A stretch of 64,000 bases of DNA, from positions 48,052,001 to 48,116,000 of the forward strand of contig CM052816.1 in the NCBI GenBank assembly GCA_028534125.1, written 5' to 3'. The notes under the pieces were generated by a model that searched no databases, was not told the origin of the DNA, and saw only the letters and a list, made by a program, of their open reading frames with translations. How positions within the stretch are numbered: the first letter of the stretch is position 1; each line of letters opens with the position of its first letter. The translations under genes were made by a program, and so were the position numbers. The DNA is from Lama glama (Eukaryota). Below, piece after piece: positions 39,106 through 52,074 of this stretch.

Positions 39106-40754
39106 AAATGAACTACCCACTCAACTTCTTCTTAAAGTTTATTGTATATACTTAAGTAAGTATTCTAGGATGAACTGTAGCACTATCACATAAATATAAT
39201 TCACTTCACTATATATGGCTAATTACTATTAAAGTCTAGTTAAAAATTAAAAAAATTAGGACAATCCCTTGAATGACTAGAATGTTCAGATGTTTGCTTA
39301 ATTTTCTCTCTTTTTTTTTGATTGATTAAATTTAAATGGAAAGAGATTGACAGAAGTAAGAAAATCAAAATGGCTATGCTTCTTTTTTTTCCTCCTGATA
39401 TTATATTTGACCTTTAGGGAGTCAAAACATGAGCCAAGATGGTGTTTTCCATCACACAGAGAAAAGAACACGGGTTAGGAATGACATATTTCCACATAGA
39501 AAGAGTATAAATATTGACTTGTTATTTTATGCAGTAATTATGTGGAGGTGCTTTACTTATAGTGGATAAACATACATTTGTATCTATCATTATTCTTTTC
39601 ATAATTCTGACCTGTCAATAAATAACACCAATGTTATAAGTTTCTAGAAATACAAGGTAAAAGTTTGATTCTTATCTTTGGAGGTATTTTCTGTTTATGA
39701 ATCAATGACTCTAGTATTTATGATAGAAAACAAAACTTTTCTACATTTTCATTTGGGGAAGTAGAATGTTCAACAACTTCACTGAGATGGTTGGTAAAAC
39801 TTGAGGGAAATAGAGTTTTAACCTGAAATCTTAATTTTTTAATTAAAAATTCTATTTTCAATATCTAAAATGATTTATTTATCTCTATCATTTTCTTAAT
39901 TGAAATTATTTCTTTAATTAATTCACAAAAATGCATTTAACTTTAAAATAATACTTTGAAGATTCCATATTTATTACAAAATCCCACTTATTCAAGCTTA
40001 GGCATAACAAGGAAAAGCAAACCTAACTTAGGCAACATTCTTTCTCTTTCACTCTTTTTGCTTTCACATGCACTATTCCCAATGACAGTGGGATGAAGAA
40101 AGGTGCATTACAGCAACATTAACATGCCAAGTTTCCTTACAGGCTGTTCCCACCAAGGAGATAAATGTGTAATGTGAATTAATAAGCATGCTGCACCTGG
40201 GTTTACTCTGTGGCATTAAAAATAATTCTTCCCATTGCAAAAGTATAGTAACATTGATGACTTAAGACCCAATCTTAATAAGATTTATATGCTCTGAAGC
40301 TAAATAAGTAAGGTTCAGAAACCTAGGAGTGTAATGTTATCCACTCTAATTTCTGAACTATCATGTAAGGCTTTGCCTTAGATTTTAAAAGAAGTTATGG
40401 GAAGAAAAAGATCAAAAAGCAGTACTATATAGTCAACAAATCTACTATATTAAATCTAGAAAATGTAAAAATAAAATAAATAACTTTCTGAGTGCTTACT
40501 CTATGTCAGAAACTTTGCTAAGTGCTTGAAGATCATTAATTAGTTGACCTCCTTAGTTAGCTCTGTAACCTGCTTCCTCCTCACTTCCTTTTCACCTTAA
40601 GTACAAATACTTCTTACTTTACTTTTTTTATTCCATAGTGTTTATTATCTTCTGTCACACAGATGTCTTATTTATTATGTTTTATTTTCCTGTTGTTTGT
40701 CTCTTTTCACTACAGTGGGTGCTCCTCAAGCATAAACATCTTTGTTTTAACAGT

Positions 40755-41075
40755 AAAAATAGGCTAGATTATACTGCAGTAACAAACAGCCCAGGAATTC
40801 AATGGCTGAAAATAATAAAGTCTATTTCTTTTCTCTTGTAATATGTACATAATGAATCTACAGAAGGTTCTACACAATGTAGTGACTCGGGAATCCAGAA
40901 ATACAGAGACCTCATCTCCAAACACGCTTCCATAATCACAAAGGCTGGGAAAAACAGTATGATGAATTGCCCCCTGGGACTTAAACTTCTAAAGTGACAT
41001 ATGTAATTTCTATTTACATTTTTCAGGCAAAGAATGTCAGATGGCCATGCCTGAATTCAACAGTGCTGGGAAGGG
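40755..41075 (-). mobile_element. Old MLT1 (J/K-like) LTR
   Basis: 'ataggctagattatactgcagtaacaaacagccc...aatggctgaaaataataaag...aagtgacatatgtaatttc...atggccatgcctgaattcaa'. Confidence 0.7.
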
Positions 41076-41179
41076 GACTACATTTAAGTAAACAGAATGC
41101 AATTTACTGTATCACTTTCATTGACTGCTACATTCCAAAGGATGAGAACACTTACTGTTGCACAGAAGATCCTGAATAA

Positions 41180-41315
41180 ATACAGTTAGTAACTATTATC
41201 ACCATCATTCTATGGACAAGGAAATGAGGCACTTGGAGGTAAGCCAACTTGCCAGATTCTAGGAAGAGCAAGATGTGAACCAGATAGCATGACTTCAGAA
41301 ACTAGACTACTATAT
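41180..41315 (-). mobile_element. MIR fragment
   Basis: 'attatcaccatcattctatggacaaggaaatgaggcacttggaggtaagccaacttgcc'. Confidence 0.65.
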
Positions 41316-42994
41316 TGATAAATTGATAAAAGAGTCTTCACTGTCAACACTGAACTTGTATTTTCTCACTCAATGTGAAGTATGCTTTAAATTTTCATCC
41401 AAGAATAGTAGCATCAAGTTATATAAAAGTTGGAGTTCATCTGGTATACCCCCCCTCCAAAAAAAGGCTTTTCAAGTTTGACAACTTGCAGAATATAAGG
41501 AAGACACTTTGTCTAAGGTCCTAATGTGGAGGTATAGATTGTTTTGTCATCAAAGGTACTGGATATTTATTCTCCCTAAATTAATAATTCACAAGATATA
41601 TATTTTTCATCAATAGATTCAGAAATACATGTTTGTACTGTAGAACTCTCATGATGCAGAAGAATATGCTTTCAATTATTTAGAAACTTGGGAAATGAGA
41701 CTTTTCTGCACATGTTACATCTAAAAAGACAGGAAAACTTGCTAATGTTTTGTATTTTGGAGGGAAAATGCTTGAAAGAAAATATTCGAAGTAACAAAAC
41801 AAAAAACTTGGCCGTTAGGATGAAAAAGAGAACCCCAATTTATTTGTAAACTTATTTATAAGCAAAAAATATAAGTGGGTCTCAATGTTGAACAAGAAAG
41901 CTCTTGTTTGAAGTCAAAGTGTTGGTTTCCCAGCAGAAGCTGCTCATGCACACTGGATAAACAAATGCTTAATTTCATATGTATTTTACCTAGAGGAAAG
42001 CAAATTATACCAAAACATTGTAGACCATACTAGTTTTCAATTTTAAAGTGTAAATATGATACCTAACATGGAAATGTTTACTAAAATCATTCATTGATCT
42101 AGCAAATATCTATTAGGCATATGCCATACAGCAGAAGGGTAAGTAAATGTATTATAGCAAACTATAATATTAACTGGATAAATTTAAGCTCATCTTACTC
42201 TTTCCAGTGTTTTTTTAAAATGATTTGGGCTTTCCTAATGAATTAGATTTGGACAACACATATTTTGGTGAATTTTGTTTGGCAGTATGCACATACAAAG
42301 CAATACTTAAAATAAGGCATTTTTATGAATCTTTGTAAATATTTTTGAGGATGGTTTGTCTTCGTTTATTTTGTTTGTTAGTTTATTACACCATTACAAA
42401 ACTTAAAAGGGAATATGGTTTATTTCTCTTTATCAGGTAATCCTGTTTTCTGTTTGAATATTAACTGACAATTTGCTTGTGGTTATCTATCTGTATGCCA
42501 TTGCCAGTATTACACTTATACTCTCATACATATAATCTCTTGTAATAAGCTATTTGAAAATTTTATTTATATATTATATATATGAAAAATTTATATCAAT
42601 TCTACTTTCCAGAAATAACTACAAAAAACAATACTCCACCTTCCTGCCTCTTCTTGATGGGCATTTAACTTCATTAGAATCAGCCCAGCATTTCAAAATT
42701 ATTTCAGTTGCTTTCATCAATTATGTAAGGCAATAAAACAAGAAATATTCAATAGCAGATAATAAATAGCAAATTTTCAACTTTCTTAATACATATGTTT
42801 ATAAGTTTGTCATATTTTATTGTTTGAAATTCATTTAATTTTACCAAGATACAAAGTATAAGTAAGTCTATTATTACTAGGTAAGGATGTAATGATTTCA
42901 TAGAATTAACGTCTCCAGTTTTTTTCTTGGTGTAGATTGTGAGTGAATAAACAACAGCAGTTTTCTCACTTCCCATCTTTAAACCCTGAGGAGA

Positions 42995-43590
42995 GGGAAT
43001 AATAGTAACAGCTAACATTTATTGAACATGTCCTGTGTGCCAGAAATTTTGCTAAATGTTGTTACATGATAAACTGAGTTATGTTAAAAATTTTAAATTT
43101 TATTTGAACAAAAATCCACTTGAATGAGGCACAGCCAAATCAGAGGTGGTTAGGAGCACCCCGTCTACAGGAAAGACTTTCGTAGAGAAGAGGCTATCAC
43201 TTAAGTGGCTGCATTGGAAAAGACTAGTTGGCTGTTTGTGATTAGTTGTCCTTATGTTTTGATTCTTAATCTTGAGGCATTTAAAGGCTTAGGATTTGCT
43301 TATGTTGGATGATAAGGTATTAGAAATACCTCACTCTAAAGACCTCCTTGTTTAATCTAACAGTGCTATATACATAATTTTGTTTCAACATCCCATCATC
43401 CACCACAAGGCATGCAGCATTATTACTCTTATTTGAAAAATGAGAGAACTCAGGCCTAGGAAGAGTGTGGTTGGGCCTAGGAAGATTGTGGTTTGCCAAA
43501 GGTCACTGAGCCAGGAAATGTAGGAGTAGGTCTATAAACTTATGCAGCATGATGCCAGAGTGACATTTAACCTATTCACAATATTGCATA
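42995..43590 (-). mobile_element. MIR split by an ERV1 LTR
   Basis: 'agctaacatttattgaacatgtcctgtgtgccag...gctaaatg' resumes after the LTR as '...attattactcttatttgaaaaatgagagaactcaggcct...aaggtcac'. Confidence 0.75.
43060..43362 (-). mobile_element. MER93-like ERV1 solo LTR
   Basis: tgtta...taaca termini; 'tgttacatgataaactgag...aaaattttaaattttatttgaac' resembles antisense MER93-type 3' end. Confidence 0.7.
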
Positions 43591-43639
43591 ACTCCCTCTG
43601 AGGATGCGAGGGCAACTGCTAGGAACTGGGCAGTAGCAA

Positions 43640-43800
43640 GAGCAGTTGACCTTACTCACTCTCCACACTAACCTTGCCTAGGGAGGTATTAATCCCATTT
43701 TTACAGGTGAGAACACACCATAAAAACAGTTATGTGAAATTACTCAAGGTCTCACAGATAGGTAAGTTTTGGGGCCAGAATTCCAACCTTGGTTTGTTTG
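43640..43800 (-). mobile_element. MIR SINE
   Basis: 'ggtattaatcccatttttacaggtgagaacac...ttactcaaggtctcacagatagg'. Confidence 0.75.
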
Positions 43801-44239
43801 GAACCAACCATATTGGAACTGGGAGAGGGAGTACACCAAATTTTAAGTATGTTTTTCCTGAATGCTTTTTGAAGGGCAAAGCAAACACCAGTTTTAAAGT
43901 TTCTTCCAAATGAATTGTACTTAATAATCAAAGAGTAGAAAAAATGTACAGCAAGCTCATTTAATATCTTCCCAACACCTATAAATCAGCTGCTAAATTT
44001 GTTAATTTGCTATAAAAGATAGTGGCTGTGTGGGAAAAACTCGACCCCGCTGCTCTTTTTCTAAGACATTAGACTTACTTTGATTTCAAACTGCATATAT
44101 ACCAAAACAAAGTCACTAGGTAGTTATCATCTTGATAGAAAACTTCACACAACTTTCCATCTTCAAAAACTTTAAATTCTAGTGTCTAAAATATCCAGCC
44201 AACAGACAGATGGTTTGCAGACCTCATGAGCAAGCTTTT

Positions 44240-44480
44240 GATATTTTATTATTAAGTATAATATTTGCTATAAGTTTTTTGTAGCAACTCTTTATTAAAT
44301 TAAGAGCATTCCCTTTTGTGTCTAATTTGCTAAGAGTGTTCTCATTAATGATTATTGAATTATATTAAAAGCTTTTTCTGCATCTACTGAGATAAGCATA
44401 TGGTTTTTCTCCTTCATTCTGTTAACTTGGTGAATTACATTAATTGATTTTCAAATGCTAAATTAAACTTGAATTCCTGG
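44240..44480 (-). mobile_element. L1M ORF2 fragment
   Basis: 'gctttttctgcatctactgagataagcatatggtttttctccttcattctgttaa...gaattacattaattgattttcaaatg'. Confidence 0.8.
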
Positions 44481-45500
44481 AAAGTGATGTCATCAAGATA
44501 GCAGTATAGGTCATTTCCAGCTTCAGTCCCCATTACAAGGAGACCAGCAGCAACTATCTGTAGACAAGACACCACTGTGAAAATCCCACACCAGGAGTGA
44601 AGCTGAAGTAACCTCCTGGACAACAGAGATGACGGGACTGCCTTAGAAGGATAAAAGGAGTGATTTCACTTTGACCACATTGCTCCTCCCTTAGGCAAGC
44701 TCAGTGTCACACTGAGAGAGCTTTCCTAAGTCTACTGCTTTTCCAGTAGGAAAAAGAGAGCCTGACTATACATCCAGCTTCCCCAGCATTGTGGAGCATT
44801 TCCTGGGAGGCTCACTTGAGTCTTACTTCATGAGGATTGCTGGGGGCACCTGCAGATCTCAACCAGGGGGAATCAGAGATGAACGCAAGTTGGGCTTACA
44901 ACAACAAGTGCTCATATCTTGCCCTACTGTGTTTCTCCTTACAGTAGTGCCACTGAGCAGAGATCCCAGCCAGCAGCTCTGCCTTTCTGCTGAACCAAGC
45001 CAGTGGCCCAGTCTTGCCAAAGAGCTCAGTTGGCAGTTCTGCCCGATTTGGATTTCCAACCAGTAGACCACACCAGCCACCAGGAAGTGCATTCTATGGC
45101 ACCACCTATGCAGGAAGCAAACACAGTCCCACCCAACTTCTCAGCATGACCCCACGACTACCACCAACAACCAGTCCTGCTCTCCAGGAAGCAAGGACAC
45201 AAATGCCCTGCAGCCACAGAGCACACCCTATGGCCTGCCTGGGCAAGGAGTCAAACCAGCATTTTTTTTTTTAAATGTCAATCTTATTTTATTAAAAACC
45301 ACATTTCTAACCAACTATTGAGCATAGCCTCTGGACCCATATAACCAGGGAACCCAAATAGTAATGCAGAACAGACTTGAAACTTAGTCCGTGGTAGCAC
45401 TCAACCACAGAACCCAGACTACAAATTCACCTAACAGAGGAGCCCTGCACATGGCCCAGCTCAATTGGTTAACACAGCCTGAAGCCTGCAGGTCTGCACA
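44481..45500 (+). mobile_element. Old L1 5' UTR (L1M2/L1M3-like 5' end)
   Basis: Begins 'gtgatgtcatcaagatagcagtatagg' like L1 5' ends (caagatggcggag); locally GC-richer but CpG-depleted; explains ORFs between 44791 and 45274. Confidence 0.65.
45263..45320 (-). other. Short polyadenylated retroposed fragment
   Basis: Minus strand reads ...AATAAA-15 nt-A11; flanked by agcat at 45258-45262 and 45321-45325. Confidence 0.45.
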
Positions 45501-45630
45501 TTGAGAATTATGTAATTTATTAGAGAAGTGACAGGGAAAAGGGTATCTTTTCGATAAATTGTTTTGAACCAATTGGATATTTGCATTAAAAATAGAAAAA
45601 AATGCCAACCTCACACCATACACATGAATA
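45500..45630 (+). mobile_element. L1M ORF2 fragment
   Basis: 'gggaaaagggtatcttttcgataaattgttttgaaccaattggatat...aacctcacaccatacac'. Confidence 0.65.
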
Positions 45631-46896
45631 TACTACAGATAAAGTATAAATTAAATGTAGGTAAAGGGTCAGTACTGATATGTATGAACAATGTATACAC
45701 ATATACAGATTTTTTTTAATGGATGTAAAACAAGTAAAAAGAAAACCTAAATATATTTATAAGTGTACAAAAGAAAATATATGTTTCATATAACAAAGCT
45801 TCCAAGGCCCATTAAGCTGGATGAATAAGGACTATTGAATATTGGCAGTTCTCACAATTAGTCATGGACTATTGCACATGCATACAGCAAATTATCATCC
45901 CTTCCTAGTAAGGCTTTGTTTAAAATAACATATGCAGAGATTAAGAAATATTGACAAATTGATTAATGCTGATCTATGGTTACGACATTATGCATAAAAA
46001 CTCTCAAAATCTCTAACTTTCTTGTACTCATACTAAACATGGAAACAATTCATGAATTGAATCATTTTTAACATATCTTTTCTTTGATACATTTTCATTT
46101 CATTTCATTTGAGAAAAAGGGCTGAGTTAAATTTTTCTTCTATTGAAAAACATAGAAAAGCAGCTCAAAATGATAATAAAATATTTATCCCCAATATTTG
46201 GCTTCCTATTATTTTAACTTATTTTAGTCCTTTCCCCCAAATTCTGTGATAATTTTCCTAAATATGACTTTCATAGTCTCTTATATATTACAGTTTAGCA
46301 AAGAGTATGATATATTACTCTCACATTGATGCTTTTTAATGCATACCATGGCTGTTCCTCCAAAGGAAAATATTCCTTTGTGTACTCCCCTAGCAAACAG
46401 GTGGTATGGTTTCTCCAATGTCAAAGTGACAGTCTCCCAATCATAATCATTTCCCATATAGTACGCAGTGGAAAAATAACACCTGTGGATTAACCCAAAC
46501 CATCTTGATAAAATAAGCAGGTGCTCATATTAGCATTTCTGAAGCTAGAGAAATCCATCTGCAGAAACTTGATTTACAGTAATTTTAACCTGATTTATTC
46601 TTCATTATAAGTAAGTGCAATACCCAAGAGATATGTGAATTATGGTACTTAGTGAAATAAACATATTTAGCAGATTATGATCTTGCAGAAAATCTGTTGT
46701 TACTCTCCTTGAACAAGGCTGTTTAGAAATCATTTGATTCTTGCTTTAATTGTAATGACATGTATATGTAGAAATAGTAATTTTTATTTCCATAGGTAAA
46801 AGAAGATAATGCAGTCTGTAACCAAATACATTTTTATAGGTGACATTCAATTTGGCTTTCTATTATGTACTTAGAAGACATTTTAAAAGAAGCACG

Positions 46897-46933
<37 letters not shown>

Positions 46934-46940
46934 ATATATA
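46897..46940. repeat. (TA)12(TG)6(TA)4 microsatellite
   Basis: Seen directly. Confidence 0.95.
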
Positions 46941-47114
46941 TGCATGTGTATGTTATAATGCAAAAACCTATATAATTATATAACACGTATAAAATACATA
47001 CTTGTATAGGAGATACACGTTTATAAATGTATTTTACATATTATATATAGCTTTATTCATAAAATATGTTTATTAAATATATATTAAAACAATATTGAAA
47101 TTAATTTAGAAGGC

Positions 47115-47412
47115 CATCGCTTTGGGGTGAAGCGAATGCCTCAGAGTTTGTCTTGATCTGAGGCAAGGTCCTTAGGCTTTCAATCTACTGTACCAGCTGA
47201 TTATTCACTAAAACCACCCTGGGAGGACAAAACAGTATCACTCCCAAACACCCTGACTCTCTGTGCAGGAGGGACAAAGTGAGCCAGTCGTCCAAGGGTG
47301 GGCTTCACCCTGGTGAAGCTGTTAAACGCAATGCACGTGGAAGCTGCAATATAGGCTTACAGAAGGGATAAAAGGAATCCTGAGGAATTTGGCTGCATCA
47401 CAGTTTGCTATA
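47115..47412. mobile_element. Probable old MaLR/ERVL LTR fragment
   Basis: GC-richer island ending 'gctgcatcacagtttgctata'; family not resolved. Confidence 0.35.
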
Positions 47413-47445
47413 ATCTTTATTAAAATGAACTCGGGTTTGACTTAC

Positions 47446-47576
47446 CTTTGTCAAACTTCTTTTCTTGATTGCCTTCTTATTTCTTCAGGATCATTTGTTC
47501 TGCTTTCTTTACCTTTCTTCAAACTGTTCTTCAGAGGTTGTATTTTTTGAATACGTTCATCAAGTCTCTCTTTTCT
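47446..47576 (-). other. Candidate 131-nt exon of an unidentified gene or pseudogene (RKERLDERIQKIQPLKNSLKKGKESRTNDPEEIRRQSRKEV*)
   Basis: Acceptor 'ttactttcctcattgatattctag|', perfect donor AAG|GTAAGT, purine/GAA-rich body; one frame open for 41 codons then TGA, other two frames carry several stops. Confidence 0.5.
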
Positions 47577-49512
47577 CTAGAATATCAATGAGGAAAGTAA
47601 TTTTCAGAAAGGCACAATAAGTGGGAGAGAAATATCTAATTATCAATCATATATTATCATAGGGGCTTACTACTATGCCCAAAGAGAGTGTATGTTTCAG
47701 AGAATGTCCAATCAGTATATTTTTTAGAAAATTCTGATTTAAATTAAGTTGGGCCTAATGAAAGCAATTCTTATATGTAGATTTACTTTCAAAAGGTGAC
47801 CAAATCACAGGGAATAATTTGTACATCATTCTGAGATCTAGAGTTGTGGCATTGGGTAATGAGTGAAGATGTTTTGTTATAATGAAATAGAACTCCCTGA
47901 TAAGGTTATTTCCCCTTTCATCTGAAATCTCATAACCCTTATGAGTACCTTCTTAACAGAAATTTTTTGCTTTTTTAACTTGTAGGAAAATTATGTGTCT
48001 GAGGCCTTCAAACTGGCTAAGATTTCCTTAAAATTATTTTTAAAATGCCTATTGTGATATTAAAGTATTGTTGGCTGCATGCTTAGCAGTTTATAAACAT
48101 AATCTTATTAATTCCTTAAAACAACAGTAAATATTGTTTTCTTTGTACAGATGGGAACGGTGTGATATTAGAGGGTGGCTTAGATCCAGTAAGTGGAGGA
48201 AATGAAATTTAAGGTCAAATCAAATGACTCCAAGGCCCTTTCACTAGACCACCACATGTACACCTCTCCCTGTGATACACACTACACTCTTAGTCAAGTA
48301 CTAGGTGAGTTCTCAGCATATTACATTTGAGAAATAAATTTAATTAATAAATAAACGAGGCAATATTTTAAAAATAGGGATATTGGAAAAATGTGCTCTT
48401 CGTCTTTCAAATACAGCATCTAAATACTGCAGTGAAAATTGTTTTGAAGTTTTCACTCTTCTATGCTATTTGAAACAGTATGTCTTAATAATGTATCTGT
48501 TGCTCTGAAGTCACACTGACAAATTTTAGAAAGGATTACATTGACTTCATAGCAACAGATACATCATTAAAACATACTGAATCCAACTGAACTGTGGCTC
48601 TGCAGTTTATTTTTTGTAATCACTATATTAGAATATATTGGACTTTTTGTTCTTGGAATTTTACCAGTTTAGAAAACGAAACTGTATTCCCTGGCTGACT
48701 GTGTTTGTATTTTAAAGGAGCTGAACTTTCTTTTAATATTTTATAAATCTTTCTTTTTGAACACAATATTTTTAATAATTAAAATTACTTTTCATCCACT
48801 GTCTTTTTTCAATATTTGTAAAATCTCTTTTGAGAAAGTTCTAGGCAAGATTTCATTATGGCAATGCCAAACAGACATCAGAGGTATTCAACATGGAGCT
48901 GAGAAAATGAGATGAGAAAGGAAAATTCCAGAGATAGTACAAAGTACATAAATACTTGAGGGTCAGAACTTAAATATATTGGTTCCCAGAGCACTGAAGG
49001 ATGTAGGCAGTACAGATAAGATTTATGTGGTTTCTGAAGGAAGTTATTTACTCCTTGACTAAACACACCTTTCAGAAGAGCCAATTCCCATGAAAATAAC
49101 AGAGAGGGAAAATAAAATTCTGCAAAGAGAAACTATTAATACTTACATCTGACCTTTTTTTAAGAATTTTATTTTTCTTAATAGAGTTATACATAAAGTA
49201 AAATGCTTAATACTGACTAATTTAAAGTGAATTAAGTAAGATCACTTTTATTTAGCTCATTGAAAGCCCTTGTGAAATTTAATGAAATATAATTCAGTTA
49301 ATTCATTCTGGGGAGTCTTCTTTTAACAAACAAGCTTTTTTCCCCACATACTGAATTTTTCTTTTATCTCAGTAAACTTTTGAAATGATCTATCTATATA
49401 TCTTGCATGTTCGTTGTTAAGTTTATTCCTAGATAGCCAAAATGGGTTGCACTACTATGACAGAAACTCTTCCCATTGTGTGGTTTCTGATTTGAGTGTT
49501 GTTGGTCTACAG

Positions 49513-49759
49513 CAGTGCTACTCAACATTGGACCACAGAGCGGTACAAGACGGAGAAATATTTACTTGTATATAATGAATAAGAAGCATGTGACAAAATG
49601 TAAATTAATTAAGGTCACTGTTTAGTTCATCTAACTTTTATCAAGACAGGAATAGTAAAAGAAGCAGTGCAATGATTTACAGTTTGCATATTGGAGTAAA
49701 CACCTTATCTTGTTACAGGCTGGTAACAAACAAGTTGTAGATGACTTTTTTGAGCACTG
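49513..49759. mobile_element. Charlie4-family hAT MITE
   Basis: Termini 'cagtgctactcaa' and 'ttgagcactg'; internal 'cactgtttagttca', 'gaagcagtgcaatgatttaca', 'ccttatcttg...ggtaacaaaca'. Confidence 0.7.
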
Positions 49760-50218
49760 AACTATGGAAAAACTTGATTTAATTTGCTTTATTGTGAATG
49801 TTGTTAACGAATTCTTTTCAAAACTGAATAGCTTTTCTTTAAAATCCTCTTGAAATTCTAAAAAAATTATATCAACCTCAAGGCAACTAACTTTTATTAA
49901 TGACAAATGTTCAGTTCCATTTTTTCTTTCAGATAATTTACTTTTTGAAATAACAAAAAGAGGTGATAAAATATACTTTTAAGATATGGAATTTAATTAA
50001 AATATATTTAATGCTTCAAGTTGGACAATGAATTAAGACATGTTAACTAAGATATTTTAAAACATCATTTTAGGAAAGAATTCTTTCTTAAGAATTTAAA
50101 CTCAAGAATTGTGACGACAAATAACTACACATTTTCTGTTGAAGTTCTGTGCCATTTATATCTCTGACTTTGGAGCTGTTACTTAAACTCCTTGAGCTAT
50201 TCCTCATCTGTAAGATTG

Positions 50219-50670
50219 GGTACTAAGTTGAATGGAAGTCCCCCAAAAGATATGTCCTTATATTAATTTCCAGAATCTGTGAATATTGCATTAATTGGAA
50301 AAAGGGTCATTGTCAATTTAATTAAGTTAAAGATTTCGGATAAGATCATCCTGAATTACCTGGGTGGCTCTAAATCCAATGACATGTGTCCTTATAAGAA
50401 ACAGAAAAAGAGAAGACACAGATAACACAGAGAAAGCAATGTGAAGACAGAGGTGAAGATTACAGTAATATGGCCCCAAGCTAAGGAAGCCGAAGAATGT
50501 TCATGGAAGAGGCAAGGAAGGATTCTCCCTTAGAGCCTCGAGAGTATGGTCATGCCAGTACCATGACTTTGGATTTTGGTCATCTACAACCATGAGAGGA
50601 TAAATTTCTGTTGTTTTAAGCTACTCAATTTGTGATAATTTTATTACAGCAGCCCCAAAAACCTAATATA
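50219..50670 (+). mobile_element. MLT1C/D-like MaLR solo LTR inserted in a MIR (MIR ~50140-50790)
   Basis: 'gttgaatggaagtcccccaaaagatatgtc...ggaagaggcaaggaaggattctcccttagagcct...ataaatttctgttgttttaagc...cctaatata'; TSD gattg/gatgg. Confidence 0.9.
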
Positions 50671-51044
50671 GATGGGGATAATAATAATGTGCCTTATAAA
50701 AATGTGCTTAACAGGTTTGTTAAGATTATTAAAGGAAAAATATGCATAGCAATCTTGCCAGATGTAGGACACTCAATCATTTTAACTATTAAAATTATCC
50801 TTTTAAATCAACCATGTTTTCAGTTTCCCCCTCTGTTCTTTGTTTTAAAAATGAGTTGAAATTTTAAGTCATTTCCTATTTAGAGACTATCTTAAACTTG
50901 TATCTTTTAAGAATTACTAATAAAAATTTATATTTTATGGCAACTTTATTTAGAACAATTATTCAGTTTGAATTCTAGGTTTAAATTGGTTTAATGATGA
51001 CTGCCTCTATACCATACTTTCTGTTATCTCAAACTCTTAATTTT

Positions 51045-52074
51045 TTTCAGCTTTATTGAGATATATTTACTATAGAAAAAACTGCATATATTAAATGTAT
51101 ACATCCTGATAAGTTTGAATATATGCACCTCCTGATATCATCATAGGTACTAAACATATCCACCCCTCCAAAAATTTCCTTGTTCTTTTATGAATTTTAT
51201 TTATATTTATGTATTTATTTGGGTAAGAATACTTAATATAAGATCTATCCTCTTAACATATTTTAAAGTGTACAATACTGTACTGTTAACTATAGGTACT
51301 GTGTTGTAGAGAGACCTCTAAATCTTATTCATCTTGTATAACAGAAACTTTCTACCTATTGAAAAACAATTCCTATTTCCCCATCTGACCAATCTCTGAC
51401 AACTATGATTCTCTATTTCTATGAGTTTGAGTATTTTAGATATCTCATATAAATAGAATTATGCAGTGTTTGTCTTTCTGTGATTGACTTACTTCACTTT
51501 GCATAATGTCCTCCAGATCCATTTATGTTGTCAGAAATAGTAGGATGTCCTTATTTTTTTTACTGATGAATGATATTCCATTGTATTTATATAACGTATT
51601 TTCTTTATCTATCTGTTGATGGACATTTGGCTTGCTTCCATATCTTAGTTATTGTGAACAATTCTGCAATGATCATAGGGGTGCAGATAATTTCTTTGAG
51701 ATCCTAATTTTTTAATTCTTTTGGATTATGTACTCAGAAGTGGGAATTGCTGGATCGTATAGAAGTTCATTTTTAATTTTTTGAGGAGCTTCCATACTGT
51801 CTTCCATAGTGGCTACACTGTTCTACATTCTTACTAACAACGTATAAGGGTCCTAATTCTCCACATCTGCCAAACACTTGTTACCTTTTTTTTTTAATAA
51901 TGCTTATTCAAGTAGGTGCAAAGTGATATTTCATGATGATTTTGATCTTCATTTCCTTGATAATCAGTGATGTTGAATACCTTTGGCCATTTGTATGTCT
52001 TCTTTTGAGAAACATCTATTCAATTCCTTTACCTATGTTTAAATTGGATTATTTGGGGATTTTTGGCTATTAAA
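51045..52074 (-). mobile_element. L1MA9-like 5'-truncated L1 (ORF2 end plus 3'UTR)
   Basis: Antisense L1MA 3' end ('cagctttattgagatat...gtacaatactgtactgttaactatagg...gatggacatttggcttgcttcca'); 16-bp TSD tcaaactcttaatttt at 51029-51044 and 52075-52090. Confidence 0.9.
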
